Positions 11,330 to 24,844 of a stretch of 64,000 nucleotides of DNA are shown in pieces. The translations under genes were made by a program, and so were the position numbers. This stretch comes from Mobula hypostoma (taxonomy: Eukaryota): assembly GCF_963921235.1 (NCBI RefSeq), contig NC_086108.1, positions 62,622,001 through 62,686,000 on the forward strand, given 5' to 3'. Position 1 is the stretch's first letter, and each line of letters begins with the position of its first letter. The notes under the pieces are model-generated. The model saw only the letters and a list, made by a program, of their open reading frames with translations, made no database searches and was not told the DNA's origin.

Positions 11330-13771
11330 TGCAGGCAGATAGATTGGCACCTGATTAGTTCCAAGGGTTTTAGACGGGGCAGAGTTTGTTAAGTGTCTCC
11401 AGGATGGATTCGTGTCACAGTATGTTGACAGGCCGATAAGGGGGAATGCCATACTAGATCGAGTACTAGGTAACGAACTGGGTCAGGTCACAGATCTCTC
11501 AGTGGGTGAGCATCTGGGGGACAATGACCACCACTCCCTGGCCTTTAACATTATCATGGAAAGGGATAGAATCAGAGAGGACAGGAAAATTTTTAATTGG
11601 GGAAGGGCAAATTATGAGGCTATAAGGCTAGAACTTGCGGGTGTGAATTGGGATGATGTTTTTGCAGGGAAATGTACTATGGACATGTGGTCGATGTTTA
11701 GGGATCTCCTGCAGGATGTTAGGGATAAATTTGTCCCGGTGAGGAAGATAATGAATGGTAGGGTGAAGGAACCATGGGTGACAAGTGAGGTGGAAAATCT
11801 AGTCAGGTGGAAGAAGGCAGCATACATAGGTTTAGGAAGCAAGGATCAGATGGGTCTATTGAAGAATATAGGGTAGCAAGAAAGGAGCTTAAGAAGGGGC
11901 TGAGGAGAGTAAGAAGGGGGCATGAGAAGGCCTTGGCAAGTAGGGTAATGGAAAACCCCAAGGCATTCTTCAATTATGTGAAGAACAAAAGGATGACAGA
12001 ACTGAAGGTAGGACCGATTAGAGATAAATGTGGGAAGATGTGCCTGGAGGTTGTGGAAGTGAGCGAGGTCCTCAATGAATACTTCTCTTCGGTATTCACC
12101 AATGAGAGGGAACTTGATGACGGTAAGGACAATATGAGTAAGGTTGATGTTCTGGAGCATGTTGATATTAAGGGAGAGGAGGTGTTGGAGTTTCTAAAAT
12201 ACGTTAGGACAGTTAAGTCCCCGGGGCCTGATGGAATATTCCCTAGGCTGCTCCACAAGGTGAGGGAAAAGATTGCTGAGCGTCTGGATAGGATCTCTAT
12301 GTCCTCGTTGTCCACGGGAATGGTACCGGAAGACTGGAGGGAGGCGAATGTTGTCCCCTTGTTCAAAAAAGGTAGTAGGGATAGTCCGGGTAATTATAGA
12401 CCAGTGAGCCTTACGTCTGTGGTGGGAAAGCTGTTAGAAAAGATTCTTAGATTAAGATCTATGGGCATTTAGAGAATCATGGTCTGATCAGGGACAGTCA
12501 GCATGGCTTTGTGAAGGGCAGATCGTGTCTAGCAAGCCTGATAGAGTTCTTTGAGGAGGTGACCAGGCATATAGATGAGGGTAGTGCAGTGGATGTGAGC
12601 TACATGGATTTTAGTAAGGCATTTGACAAGGTTCCACATGGTAGGCTTATTCAGGAAGTCAGAAGGCATGCGATCCAGGGAAGTTTGGCCAGGTGGATTC
12701 AGAATTGGCTTGCCTGCAGAAGGCAGAGAGTCGTGGTGGAGGGAGTACATATGGACTGGAGGGTTGTGACTAGTAGTGTCCCACAAGGATCTGTTCTGGG
12801 ACCTCTACTTTTTGTGATTTTTATTAACGACCTGGATGTTGGGGTAGAAGGGTGGGTTGGCAAGTTTGCAGATGACACAAAGGTCAGTGGTGTTGTAGAT
12901 AGTGTAGAGGATTGTCGAAGATTGCAGAGAGACATTGATAGGATGCAGAAGTGGGCTGAGAAGTGGCAGATGGTGTTCAACCTGGAGAAGTGTGAGGTGG
13001 TACACTTTGGAAGGACAAACTCCAAGGCAGAGTACAAAGTAAATGGCAGGATACTTGGTAGTGTGGAGGAGCAGAGGGATCTGGGGGTACATGTCCACAG
13101 ATCCCTGAAAGTTGCCTCACAAGTAGATAGGGTAGTTAAGAAAGCTTATGGGGTGTTAGCTTTCATAAGTCGAGGGATAGAGTTTAAGAGTCACAAGGTA
13201 ATGATGCAGCTCTATAAAACTCTGGTTAGGCCACACTTGGAGTACTGTGTCCAGTTCTGGTCGCCTCACTATAGGAAGGATGTGGAAGCATTGGAAAGGG
13301 TACAGAGGAGATTTACCAGGATGCTGCCTGTTTTAGAGAGTATGCATTATGATCAGAGATTAAGGGAGCTGGGGCTTTACTCTTTGGAGAGAAGGAGGAT
13401 GAGAGGAAACATGATAGAGGTATACAAGATATTAAGAGGAATAGATAGAGTAGATAGCCAGTGCCTCTTCCCCAGGGCACCACTGCTCAATACAAGAGGA
13501 CATGGCTTTAACGTAAGGGCTGGGAAGTTCAAGGGGGATATTAGAGGAAGGTTTTTCACTCAGAGAGTGGTTGATGTGTGGAATGCACTGCCTGAGTCAG
13601 TGGTGAAGGCAGATACAGTAGTGAGGTTTAAGAGACTACTAGACAGGTATATGGAGGAATTTAAGGTGGGGGCTTATATGGGACGCAGGGTTTGAGGGTC
13701 GGCACAACATTGTGGGCCGAAGGGCCTGTATTGTGCTGTACTATTCTATGTTCTATGTTCTATGTTCTATG
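11330..13771 (+). mobile_element. 5'-truncated CR1 LINE, relatively young
   Basis: End of the endonuclease domain (ILDRVL...GDNDHH), RT domain, 3' UTR gggccgaagggcctgtattgtgctgta and (ttctatg)n tail at 13744-13771. Confidence 0.95.
11412..13695 (+). pseudogene. CR1 ORF2 (endonuclease end plus reverse transcriptase), frameshifted near 11830 and 12450
   Basis: KSPGPDGI, NYRPVSLTS, DFSKAFDKV, VPQGSVLGPLLF, KFADDTK, RPHLEYCVQFWSP spread over three ORFs. Confidence 0.95.
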
Positions 13772-14009
13772 TATCTTTCCTTTCCTTCTTACTCAGAAAG
13801 ACAGCAACTAAAGCTAGAAGGCACAGAGGTGAATTAAAATACACAAACCTAAAACTTTCTGTACAGGCACGAGCTTGCTTGTTGATATTCCTACCATTTT
13901 CTGATTTTATTAAAATGAAAATACATTGACCTAAAACATTTCTTTCTTTCTCTATGGACACGAGCTTACTTGCTGATGCTCCTAACATTTTCTGTTTTTA
14001 TTCTGATTT

Positions 14010-14240
14010 TTATTTTATTTATAGTTATTTAACAACCCAACTAGCCTGAGCCACCCAATTACACCCATGTGACCAATTAACCTACGAACCCATAAGTCTT
14101 TGGAACGTGAGGGAAACCGAAGCACGCAGAGGAAACCTGTGCAGTAACGGGGAGAACATACGAACTTTGTACAGGCACGACTCCATAGAACTGAAGCCAG
14201 GTCGCTGCTGCTGCAAAGGCGTTATGCTCTCCCGCTGCCC
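14010..14240 (-). mobile_element. V-SINE
   Basis: gtctttggaacgtgagggaaaccgaagcacgcagaggaaacc is the reverse complement of the V-domain. Confidence 0.7.
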
Positions 14241-14879
14241 GAAGATTTCCAGCATCTGTGGAGTGATCTTTTGCTTTTTACCAGTGCAGCAAAAGTTAAA
14301 AACTTTTATAAGAGGTGAGAGGGCAGCTCTATTATGAGCTTCTAGGAAAGGCAATTTCTCTTTGAAATGGGTTTAGCTCATCCATTTTTGGGCTTGAAAA
14401 ATAAGTTATCAATGAGCAATAAATGAAGTATAGCTTTCTTGAAATACACCCGATGTTGAATATTCAGTATAACAGAGAATCTGAAAGCAGATTAGCAGGA
14501 GAACGGTGTTGCGCTCGTTCCATTCTTCATCAGCTGCAGCTGAGACTGAGTTGTGATGATCTTCTAATAACCACTTACAAAACATGGTAACGTCACAGCA
14601 CCTCAGATCCACTGACAATATATTATACAGCAGACTGAGGGATCATTTCTGGAGTATTTCTCCTGTCTTTCATTGAGCTCTATTGACAGCCATGCAGTCA
14701 GTTGGCAACACCCTATATTCCCTTCCCACTTACTGCCTTCCCCTTAAACCATTACTTCTCCTGATAGCTTTACCTGCAGTTTGAGGACCATTTCTCATTT
14801 ACATTTTATAGTTGGCATCTTTAAAGTTTAAAGTACGCGTATGCAAATTGATGTGTTTTGTTTAAATATGAGGCAGACA

Positions 14880-15110
14880 GCGTAGGTTTAAGGTGAGAAG
14901 TGTCATGCTTAGACTAGAGGGTGATAAGAAGGGTTTATTCACTTAGAGGGTGGGTGTAATCTGAAATGCACTGCCTGAGAGGGTGATGAAGGCAGTGACT
15001 CTCACAACATTTAAGAAAATTCTAGATAAGCGTGTCAATTGCCAGTGCATGGAAGGCTACTGACCATGTGCCAGTAAGTGGTGTTATTTTTGGTGGGTAT
15101 GTTGTCGGCA
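14880..15110 (+). mobile_element. CR1 3' remnant
   Basis: tttattcacttagagggtgg...aatgcactgcctgagagggtg matches FFTQRVV..WNALP of the intact CR1. Confidence 0.65.
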
Positions 15111-15203
15111 CATCAAGGTCAAGTCAAGTCTGTTGTCATTTCCACAAGTACAGGGAGATACAAGTGCAATGAAAAACTTGCTTTCAACAGCAACACAGAC
15201 AGA

Positions 15204-15682
15204 CAGTACTGTGCAAAACCTTAGGCACATTATTGTATATAGCTTAAGTGCCTAAGAGCTTTGCACAGAACTGTGGTAATTTTATGTACTACACTGTACT
15301 ACTGCCACAAACCACCCCCCCCCCACAGATTTCATGCCATATGTGAGTGATGATAAACCTGATTCTGATATGGGTCTTTAGAGAGTGGGAAGAGGGGAAT
15401 CATGGTTGGGAAAAGGTGAAGGGAGAGGGTGGGAGTGGGAAGTACTAGAGAGATATTCTGTAATGATCAATAAACCAATTGATTGGAATCAAGTGACCTT
15501 GCCTGGTGTCTCAGGCTGACTGTGTCTGTACCTGTGCCATTCCCTGCCTCTGGCACCCCTTCTCTACCACCTGTCCCACGGCACTTGGCCCTCACCATTC
15601 CCAACATTCCTTGCTCCTGCCAGATTTACAAATTCGCTCTCCGCTCTGCGTTGACAAATGCAGCACTGTGCCAAAGTCTTAG
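15204..15682. mobile_element. Second copy of the Tc1/mariner-like MITE, right end truncated
   Basis: Collinear with 4750-5190 including the first hairpin unit. Confidence 0.7.
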
Positions 15683-15714
15683 TGAAGAAAAAGACTGTTC
15701 AGAACAAGAGATTG

Positions 15715-16235
15715 AGGTCAGTGAAGTCAGCTGAGAAGATCATCGGGGTCTCTCTTCCCACCATCACAGACATTTACACCACACGCTGCAACCGCAAAGC
15801 AAACAGCATTATGAAGGACCCCATGCACCCCTCATACAAACTCTTCTCCCTCCTGCCATCTGGAAAAAGGCACCGAAGCATTCGGGCTCTCACGACCAGA
15901 CTATGTAATAGTTTCTTCCCCCAAGCAATCAGACTCCTCAATACCCAGAGCCTGGACTGACACCAACCTACTGCCCTCTACTGTCTTGTTTATTATTTAT
16001 TATTATTTATTGTAGTGCCTGCACTGTTTTGTGCACTTCATGCAGTCCTGGATAGGTCTGTAGTCTAGTGTAGTTTTTGTGTTTTTTCTTACGTAGTTCA
16101 GTGTAGTTTTTGTATTGTTTCATGTAGTACCATAGTCCTGGAAAACATTGTCTCATTTTTACTATGTTCTGTACCAGCAGTTATGGTTGAAATGACAATA
16201 AAAAGTGACTTGACTTGACCTGACTTGACTTGAAC
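15715..16235 (+). mobile_element. Rex1/Babar LINE 3' end
   Basis: ORF with AEKIIGVSLP...LLPSGKRHRS...NSFFPQAIRLLN; aataaa followed by (gactt)n tail. Confidence 0.85.
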
Positions 16236-19174
16236 TTGGTGCAAAAATCACAATCAGAGTACGAGAGGCGGTCCACTGTGTTCCTTCGCTGAGGTCGGAT
16301 AAGGGCTGTGCAGACTAGATAGATCAGTGTGGATGGAATGAGCTGAAGGACCTCTTTGCTTTATAGCTGTATGATTTTACTGTAATTGTAATAAGCATTT
16401 GATAAATGAGAAAAGGTTTTACAATACAGAACCATCCCTTTAATTTAACTGTGAAAGTCACCAACTCCTGTGGTTCTGGGACAAAGATCAGTGGGAGGTC
16501 TTAAAGGTCACACAAAAAGTAGGTCACTGGCTGTATGCAGTTGTTCTCTCTGCCTAGGTAGAAGAGAAGTTGGGAATGGAATGATGTCACATAAAATTTG
16601 GCACTGAAACACTTCACTTTTTTTTCTTCTGATTCACAGCAACAAAACTAAAAGGGGCAATTTAAACAGCACAAAACAAATTTGACAGAATGCATCAGTC
16701 AGGGTTATCTCATCTATCACATTTTGAACTCAAACATTATCAGCCTTTACTGATCTTGATTACAAACTTCTTTTATTTATTTGTATGATTTTAAATTACT
16801 TCAAAGGCAGCTCACATATGCTCTGACTTGGGAATACAATATCACACTTTGCAGACCAGGTCAAAAACAGTGGTCTGCCTCCAAAGGGAAAATTCAAAAC
16901 AGATGTGTAACAAAGAGCATTCTATAATACACTGGGTTGTGAAATGTCCCTGAGGGAGAAAAATAAGCAAAAACAGCATGATCTCTTAGCAACATGTGCT
17001 ACAAAGTAAGCAACAGCTTGGTTGGCATCTGGAATTTGAGGGTTTTTTTCTTGCTCTTTGCACTGAAAAAAAAATAACATTGGCATGTTTGGCCAAGTCA
17101 ACATTTTCTACTATTGATTATAAATATACAAAACTTTCTTTGTGTATTTTTGGACCAATTGAAAATCAAGATTATTTAGTATCGGGAAATTGAAATCAAT
17201 CATGTGTAGTAAACTAGCGCAAACATGGGGTTGTGGGGCTCTCCTGTGGTTTTTCTTTGTGATTGAAAAAATATCTCAAATTAACCCAGTCGACAAAAAG
17301 TAAGGGTGTGTGTATGGATCAGTGATACGTAATAATTTTGTGCTGTTTTCAAATGAAAGGAGAAAGGATACCAGTAATACACTTTCCCATTAGACCACAA
17401 ATCTCATGATCTCTTTATCAAACCTAAATATAACAGGCTGTAACAGAAGCAGGTCAAAAATTATCAAATAAAACCTTCCTCTGACTCCTGCCCTTCATTG
17501 GTTGCATCATCTGCTTACACGCTGTTGAAACGTGCTTCGTATGCAGCAGCAAAGAGACTTAAGTCAAAATTATGATGCAAGGTATCTGAATTAAAAGGTT
17601 CAGAGTACCAAGTCTAATATACATATTCTCCAGTCTTTTGTTCTCCAGATAGCAATACATGGAAGTTCAAGACTGGCAGTATTTCCAGGCAATGGAAAGT
17701 AATACCTGCTCTGACCATCAAAAGTCTTTTTATGTATTTTGCCCAGGTTTCCACTTGTCATGTTAGTCAGTGGATGAGCAGCTGGCAGCTGAGGTTGGAG
17801 AAAGGGTACTAAATAGATAAATATAAAAATAAATGAGGTGACTATTTGAATCATCATCTGCAAATCAGTCGGAGCGAAGGAAGTGACATGACTTAATTCT
17901 CTGGAAATCTGGTGGATTAGCACGTATTCAAATTCTTGAGTGTTAACAACAATATTTGGAAAGCTGCTATCACCTATCCCTAAAGACAGATGAGAAATGG
18001 ATCCTTTATCAAGAGCTGATAAATCCAGTGGAAGGATCATCCAAATAATAAAGTTTGAGGAAAATAAATTCCACATGCAGTTGGTATTTGTGGCAGAGTA
18101 GTAAGTGAGGTTGAGTATACACACCCACTGCTTGGCATTTCTGTTAGAAGAGGATGTTGAGCCTGCAATCCAACTGGCAGCAATATGAAACTGTAGCTGA
18201 TCCCTTGGACTGTTCAAATTGGGAACTGAGGCCCCCAGCTTCCAGGTTGAAGCTCCTTGCTGGGCAATGTCCACCAGGTGAAAAAGCTTCTGTTGTTTGT
18301 GTTAATTGAGCGTTTCAATGCCTCAGTGAAAAGTTTAGCATAATATGTAATTACTGCTCTCAAATTTTATCCATTGAAAAAGAATAATATACCTGCTTCT
18401 GATATTGCGCAGATTGATTCTGGAAGAGGTTTTCAATGGGGAAACATGGAACCAAGTTTTTGCCTGATGCTGGCCTCCTAGGCCTGAGTCAACGTAGAGG
18501 TAAATTTCAGAAACCTAGCTTTAAACATATGTTTTTTTGCACTTAACATTATACAACGGTGAGCAGCTTTCTGCACTACTATCCCTTATTTTACAGTGAG
18601 ATGTACGCTGATGTGATGATGTGACCTAATAATAGGATCATGCAAAAGTTTAACACAAAAACATCCACTCTTCTCAAAAATTACTATAAATTGCACATTG
18701 CACATTTAGACAGAGATGTAATACAAAGATTTTTACTCCTCATGTACATGAAGGATGTAAGTAATAAAGGCGATGCTGTAAGCAATCTTTTCTGTAGAAA
18801 AACTAAAAACAAAAATCAGTAAGTTATTAATAAGATTGTGATTATTCATGATAATGCAAATTATAAATAGCTATTATGGAGCAAGAGTTTGATTGTCAAA
18901 GTTGCCAACCTTTTTCCCATTTGCATGTTTTCTGTGTTATTAATTACCGCATAATGATCCACAGAACCCTTCATGTCTAGGAATATTTTTAAATGTGACT
19001 AATCAACTTTCTAACTTGACACTCCTGTTCAAGAGACTGCACAGTATCTGAAACAGGAAATGGAACAATTATTCTGAGGGAATACATGGAATTTGAGAAC
19101 AGTAATTATTTGTTACACTTAACTTTATGATCAACTTAAAAAGTAAAAAAATTAACTTAATTAATTTACAGTGG

Positions 19175-19462
19175 GGTACCACGGTAACACTGAGGTTAGC
19201 ACATGCTATTACAGTTTAGCGCGCCGGAGTTCAAAGTTCAATTCCTGCATTCTCTGTAAGAAGTTTGTATGTTCTTCCCCTGAGCACACAGGTTTCCTCC
19301 AGGTACTTGGGTTTTCTCCCACCTTCCAAAGACATACCGGTTAGGAGTTTAATTGGTCTTTGTAAATTGCCCTGTGCTTAGTGAGGGTTAAATTGGTGGG
19401 TGGATAGATAGTGCGGCTCGTTGGGCCGGAAAGGGCTGTCCCACTCTGTATCTCTAAATAAG
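19175..19462 (+). mobile_element. V-SINE, near full length
   Basis: tRNA-like head (ggttagc...gttcaattcc), V-domain, 3' ctgtatctctaaataa. Confidence 0.75.
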
Positions 19463-22400
19463 TAGTCATGTTGACCTTCCAACATGGTTAGGGAATCTCC
19501 ATAGAATATTTTCCCAACAAGTAATATGGTTTTGGAAATGCTTCACAGATTCCTCATTTTCAGCATAAATTTTAAAGTAATGTTAAAATACTTTGAAAAA
19601 GGTGACATTTTTATTTTTTCCCCAAAGCATAGCACTCTGGAATATATGATGACTAAAAGTTTTAAATCTGTCTACATACTTAGAATAAAAAAATAAGAAT
19701 TAACCCTTTTCCTTCATAGTTTAGATAAAATAAACAGAAGTTGTTCAGGACCATTTATTTGGATTTGCTGAAAAACATCTTAGCAGTTTTGGTACTAGGG
19801 ATGGGACTAAGGACACAGCCATGTTCGGTGGCAGCTTCACAACACCCAGTGTCCAACCCAGGTCAAGACACAAGCTTTACCTTTGGTTTTGTTTCCCACA
19901 TCATTACTCCTTCAATTCTTCCCTCGGAAAACCCCTTTCCCATTACTCATTACTCCTGTTCTCACAGGAAAATTCTTCTACAGTCTGAAAGTCTTTTCCC
20001 GAAGAATTGGTAATAGGCCCTGAATAATGTTGGTAATGGGGCAGAGGATATTTCAAAAGATGCTTGATCTTTCTGGTTGAAGACATCACATTCACAGCAT
20101 TCAACAATGCTAAACACACTCCCGCATTTTTGCAATAGATTCCTTCATTAAAGGTTTAAATGCTTGGATACTTGAACAACAAAATAATTCTATTTTCATG
20201 AGAGTGAGGTCAGAGGCTTTGTCTTCAGTTGTCGGTTCACAGCAAGCTTGTAATCTCATTTAGTTTTCTAAAATTCCATCGAAAGATTCCACCTGTATTT
20301 GATACAGAACACTGCAGCTGGAACAACTCATGATTACTGGTCCACCAGTGTGTTGGGACCATTTAAGGAAATCAGACAGTCATCCAGAGCATTACATGTA
20401 GTTCCTGTTAACCCTTAGAACTCTAAATGGCCCTTGCTGCTCACATAAGTTTTAAATTTCAAAATATTAATTGGCATGATCGTCTGAAAATGTTGGTTTT
20501 GATTAGCCATAGAATAGTGATTAATTCAGAAATAACAAGCTTGATTTTTTTTATTCCCCTACCCCCAACCTATTTTATCTCCTTAAATCAACAGTTTACC
20601 ATGTAACACAATTTCATGGGTGGTAATATTTTACCCCCTGGCTACTTTCCATCTGTGAGTTCAATATTACAGCTCCAGATGCCCTAATTTGGTGTTTTCA
20701 AAGGCCATAAACAGCATTTATCAAAATCATTAATAATAAGTCTGTGACAAAGATAATTTGTAATTCTTCATAGAATATCTCCGAGAATTCCATATCCAAT
20801 TTTCCTGCTGTGTGGGACTGCATTGGCCAGACAATTAGACTGTAGGACTATATCTGTCCAGACATAACAAAAGAATCACATGGAAAGGTTTTTCCCACCC
20901 CACCTGTTATGTCTGGTATCACCCAAGAACCCATCTTTAGTTCCTTTCTGCTGTAAATTATCATCGACCACTCTGCTCTCTAGTGACCTCATCTAAAAAT
21001 ACAGTTTTTGTCTCCATATATAGGCTGAAAATACATTGAAGATATTGAGAATTTTTGCTACATTAAAGGCACAAATAAGTTGCTGTTGAATTTGAATTCT
21101 TCCTCATTTACAATGGCTGGGTAATTTCCAGTGAAGGGAGGACAGATCTTCCACCCACATACTCTTCCCCATTAAATGACTCTGCTGGGGGAATTCCTGG
21201 ACTAATCTGGAAAGTTCCCCAAGTCTTAGAGTAACATAGGATCTTCTACATTACATGGCATCACTTCAAGTTATTGAGGACAGCACTTCAGAGGCATCTT
21301 GGTGACCAGTAGAAACCATTAGAAAATGAATATATGTCTAGAATTTGGAAAGTTGGTGCAGATAGCTGCTCTCTTGTAGCTGAAGTTGTGTCCCTGATGT
21401 GTCTCAGCTTTTCTTGTGAATCTTCAAATCTTATGAAGGGCTTCCTTCTTCATTGGCACTGTCATGTACAGACAAACCAAAGGAAGCAAGACCATGGGAA
21501 GCTTCAGTCATTACGGCCTTCAGATGAGTGAAAGTGGGCCATACAATCTCTTTGTGAGCCTTCATTTTTTAAAGTAAGTTTTTAATAGGACCTCTTACCA
21601 AAGGAGCCTTGAAAAGCATGGTCAAAGTATCGTACAGGTGTGGGATTGTTCAGGCATATGAGGCAGCTGGCTGTTGGAGGTAAACTTGTGGTGATGCTGA
21701 TGACTCTGTTTCCCTGTTAATTAAATCTCCTACTGATTCCACTCTGATTAGCACTCAGGGGCATTTGTGAGTGTGATCCAAACACTGAGGCACAAAGTAT
21801 TTCAGGATTATTAACATTGCATCTCTATTCCTGAAAGGCACCACTCTGTGTTGCCATTGTGAAAAATTAAATGGAAAAACCATACATTTGTTTGGTGCTG
21901 CTTCCCAGCTGTAGACTCGTGTTTGACACTCACTACGATAAAAAACAGATGGTGCTATGTGCAAACTGACACTGCAAATGTGCAAAATTTATAATGCTGC
22001 AAATATAATCAGATTTTACAATTACTCTAGTGGAGTGTCGTCAGGGATTCTCCATAATTCTGGCAAATCTATGTAAATGTTGTATTCGCTTTCATTCTGA
22101 TTTTTACCCATCATATATCAAAGCTACAGAAGATGATTGGTTGAGTCTCAGGAAATTTAAGGCTAACAAATGAACTGGAGTGGACCATGACTTATTGTTG
22201 AAACAACAGGTTGTCTTCACAGTTTGGTTTAGAGTCAAGTATATTATATGCTCCTACTTTCAGACCCTGAGCTCTGCTAAATCAGTTTATTTCTGTCTCA
22301 GAATGGTAACGTAATTACTGGCTTCATTGACCAGTAGATTTAATGGAAGGAAATAATGAACTACTCTATGTTCCCTGCCTTAACTTAGGTTAAAAGTATG

Positions 22401-22554
22401 CATGAACTGTAATGCCCATTTCGCACCTAAACACAAGGTGAAACTTTTGTGTAATTTCATCATAAAAGGTGGACACTTGGATGAGGTTCTGGAGGACCAA
22501 ACATGCTCATCAGAAGTTATAGCAAAATGAGAAGGCGAGAAAACCATGGGCACA

Positions 22555-22694
22555 AGATTTGGTATATTGCCAAAGACTAGCAAATTTGTGCAGATGTACT
22601 GTAGACAGCATTCTGCCTTGTTGCATCACCTGGAAGCTCCAATGCACAGTAACAAAAGAAGCTGCTAAGGGTTGTAGAATCAGCCAACTCCATC
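22555..22694 (+). mobile_element. Rex1 fragment, left part of an element that resumes at 28594
   Basis: agatgtactgtagacagcattctg...tcagccaactccatc continues as ccatcaagggcacaac at 28594. Confidence 0.65.
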
Positions 22695-22725
22695 CTTTAT
22701 TTGCAAGGAAGCTAATTAATAATTT

Positions 22726-22907
22726 CTCCTACAAAATCCTACCTTGGCGCCTCACCATGGTGTAGGAGTGACACAGGCTGAACATCAGCGAAGTATGGCA
22801 GAGATTCATTCTCTGGCAGGTCTAACCTAGACGTGAAGGTGATGTTCCACCGGGGTACTACTAGACTGGATCTAGTAGTAGGATCGTGGCTAGCTAAGTC
22901 AAGGAGG
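22726..22907 (+). ncRNA. Candidate HDV-like self-cleaving ribozyme at the RTE 5' end
   Basis: P1 ctcctac/gtaggag, P2 ccttggc/gtcaagg, P3 gcc/ggt, L3 tcaccat, P1.1 ca/tg, J4/2 gCtaa, all in HDV order; starts at the first base after the TSD. Confidence 0.75.
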
Positions 22908-23607
22908 TAAGCATGCCTTTGCTACTTTGTAGGTTATGCCACTTCAGGCAAAGGCTGCACCCAACGAGGACGCCGGCAGCAGGGCGTCTGATGGTGTCTG
23001 TGGCAGGTGAATCCAAAAGGGTCAGTGGTACAGCCACCTTGGTGGCACGCGGAGGAACCGGAGTGTTGGTCAACGGATGGCATCACTAGGCTAGTTAGTT
23101 GTCACTGCGGGGAACTTCCTTATCCGCTAAGTCTGTTACACTCCTGTGTACCACTGAGCATCAGATCTGGAAGCCCAGAGAGACTGTATGGTGGGGGCAT
23201 GACACCGTCTGTCTTATTACTGTGCAAGGTGTGTTGGAGTAGAGTTTCTGGATGGTGTGGAAAGCCCTGTGGCGATGGAGCTCATGTGACGGCAGCAGGC
23301 TTGAGGAGCTGGAAGCTGCTAGCATGAACTCTGCACATAGGCGGCTCACATAAGATGGCCGCTACCTTGTTGAGTTGTCTGAGCAACAACAGGTTGAGGC
23401 AGCTATGGTGAGTGTCCGGGCAGCCCTTTTTAGGGAAAGCACTGCCCACCCTGGAAGGGGAAGCCCCTAGAAAAGGTGGGGCAAAGAAAGCTTGCTCAGA
23501 TTTCAACGTAAACAACAGGAATTCTGCAGATGCTGGAAATTCAAGCAACATACATCAAAGTTGCTGGTGAACGCAGCAGGCCAAGCAGCATCTATAGGAA
23601 GAGGCGC

Positions 23608-23643
23608 AGTCGACGTTTCAGGCCGAGACCCTTCGTCAGGACT
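23608..23643 (-). ncRNA. Minimal type I hammerhead ribozyme motif
   Basis: Minus strand reads agtc-CTGACGA-agggtctcggcct-GAAA-cGTC-gact. Confidence 0.85.
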
Positions 23644-24222
23644 AACTGAAGGAAGAGTGAGTAAGGGATTTGAAAGCTGGAGGGGGAGGGGGAGATGCAA
23701 AATGATAGGAGAAGACAGGAGGGGGAGGGATAGAGCCGAGAGCTGGACAGGTGATAGGCAAAAGGGGATACGAGAGGATCATGGGACAGGAGGCCTAGGG
23801 AGAAAGACGGGGGGGGGGTGACCCAGAGGATGGGCAAGAGGTATATTCAGAGGGACAGAGGGAGAAAAAGGAGAGTGAGAGAAAGAATGTGTGCATAAAA
23901 AGGAGTAACAGCTGGGGTACGAGGGGGAGGTGGGGCCTAGCGGAAGTTAGAGAAGTCAATGTTCATGCCATCAGGTTGGAGGCTACCCAGACGGAATATA
24001 AGGTGTTAACGGGATCCCACCACTAAGCACATCTTTCCCTCCCCCCCTCTCTCTGCATTCCGCAGGGATCGCTCCCTACACAACTCCCTTGTCCATTCGT
24101 CCCCCCCATCCCTCCCCACTGATCTCCCTCCTGGCACTTATCCGTGTAAGCGGAACAAGTGCTACACATGCCCTTACACTTCCTCCCTTACCACCATTCA
24201 GGGCCCCAAACAGTCCTTCCAG

Positions 24223-24549
24223 GTGAGGCATCACTTCACCTGTGAGTGGACTGGGGTGATATACTGCGTCTGGTGCTCCCGATGTGGCCTTTTATATATT
24301 GGTGAGACCCGACGCAGACTGGGAGACCGCTTTGCTGAACATCTACGCTCTGTCCGCCAGAGAAAGCAGGATCTCCCAGTGGCCACACATTTTAATTCCA
24401 CATCCCATTCCCATTCTGACATGTCTATCCACGGCCTCCTCTACTGTAAAGATGAAGCCACACTCAGGTTGGAGGAACAACACCTTATATTCCATCTGGG
24501 TAGCCTCCAACCTGATGGCATGAACATTGACTTCTCTAACTTCCGCTAG
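24223..24549 (+). pseudogene. Penelope GIY-YIG endonuclease domain (5'-truncated ORF)
   Basis: GVIYCVWCSRCGLLYIGETRRRLGDRFAEH...EQHLIFHLGSLQPDGMN. Confidence 0.9.
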
Positions 24550-24844
24550 GCCCCACCTCCCCCTCGTACCCCAGCTGTTACTCCTTTTTATGCACACATT
24601 CTTTCTCTCACTCTCCTTTTTCTCCCTCTGTCCCGCTGAATATACCTCTTGCCCATCCTCTGGGTCATCCCCCCCCCCCGTCTTTCTCCCTAGGCCTCCT
24701 GTCCCATGATCCTCTCGTATCCCCTTTTGCCTATCACCTGTCCAGCTCTCGGCTCTATCCCTCCCCCTCCTGTCTTCTCCTATCATTTTGCATCTCCCCC
24801 TCCCCCTCCAGCTTTCAAATCCCTTACTCACTCTTCCTTCAGTT

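Noticed and set aside
17600..18274. 224-aa minus-strand ORF as a gene
   Set aside because: No recognisable domain, a non-ATG start and no convincing splice boundaries; probably a chance ORF.
22771..22802. Compact alternative HDV fold using gcgaa (22788-22792) as J4/2
   Set aside because: The resulting P2 would have several mismatches, whereas gctaa-gtcaagg at 22893-22904 gives a full 7-bp P2.
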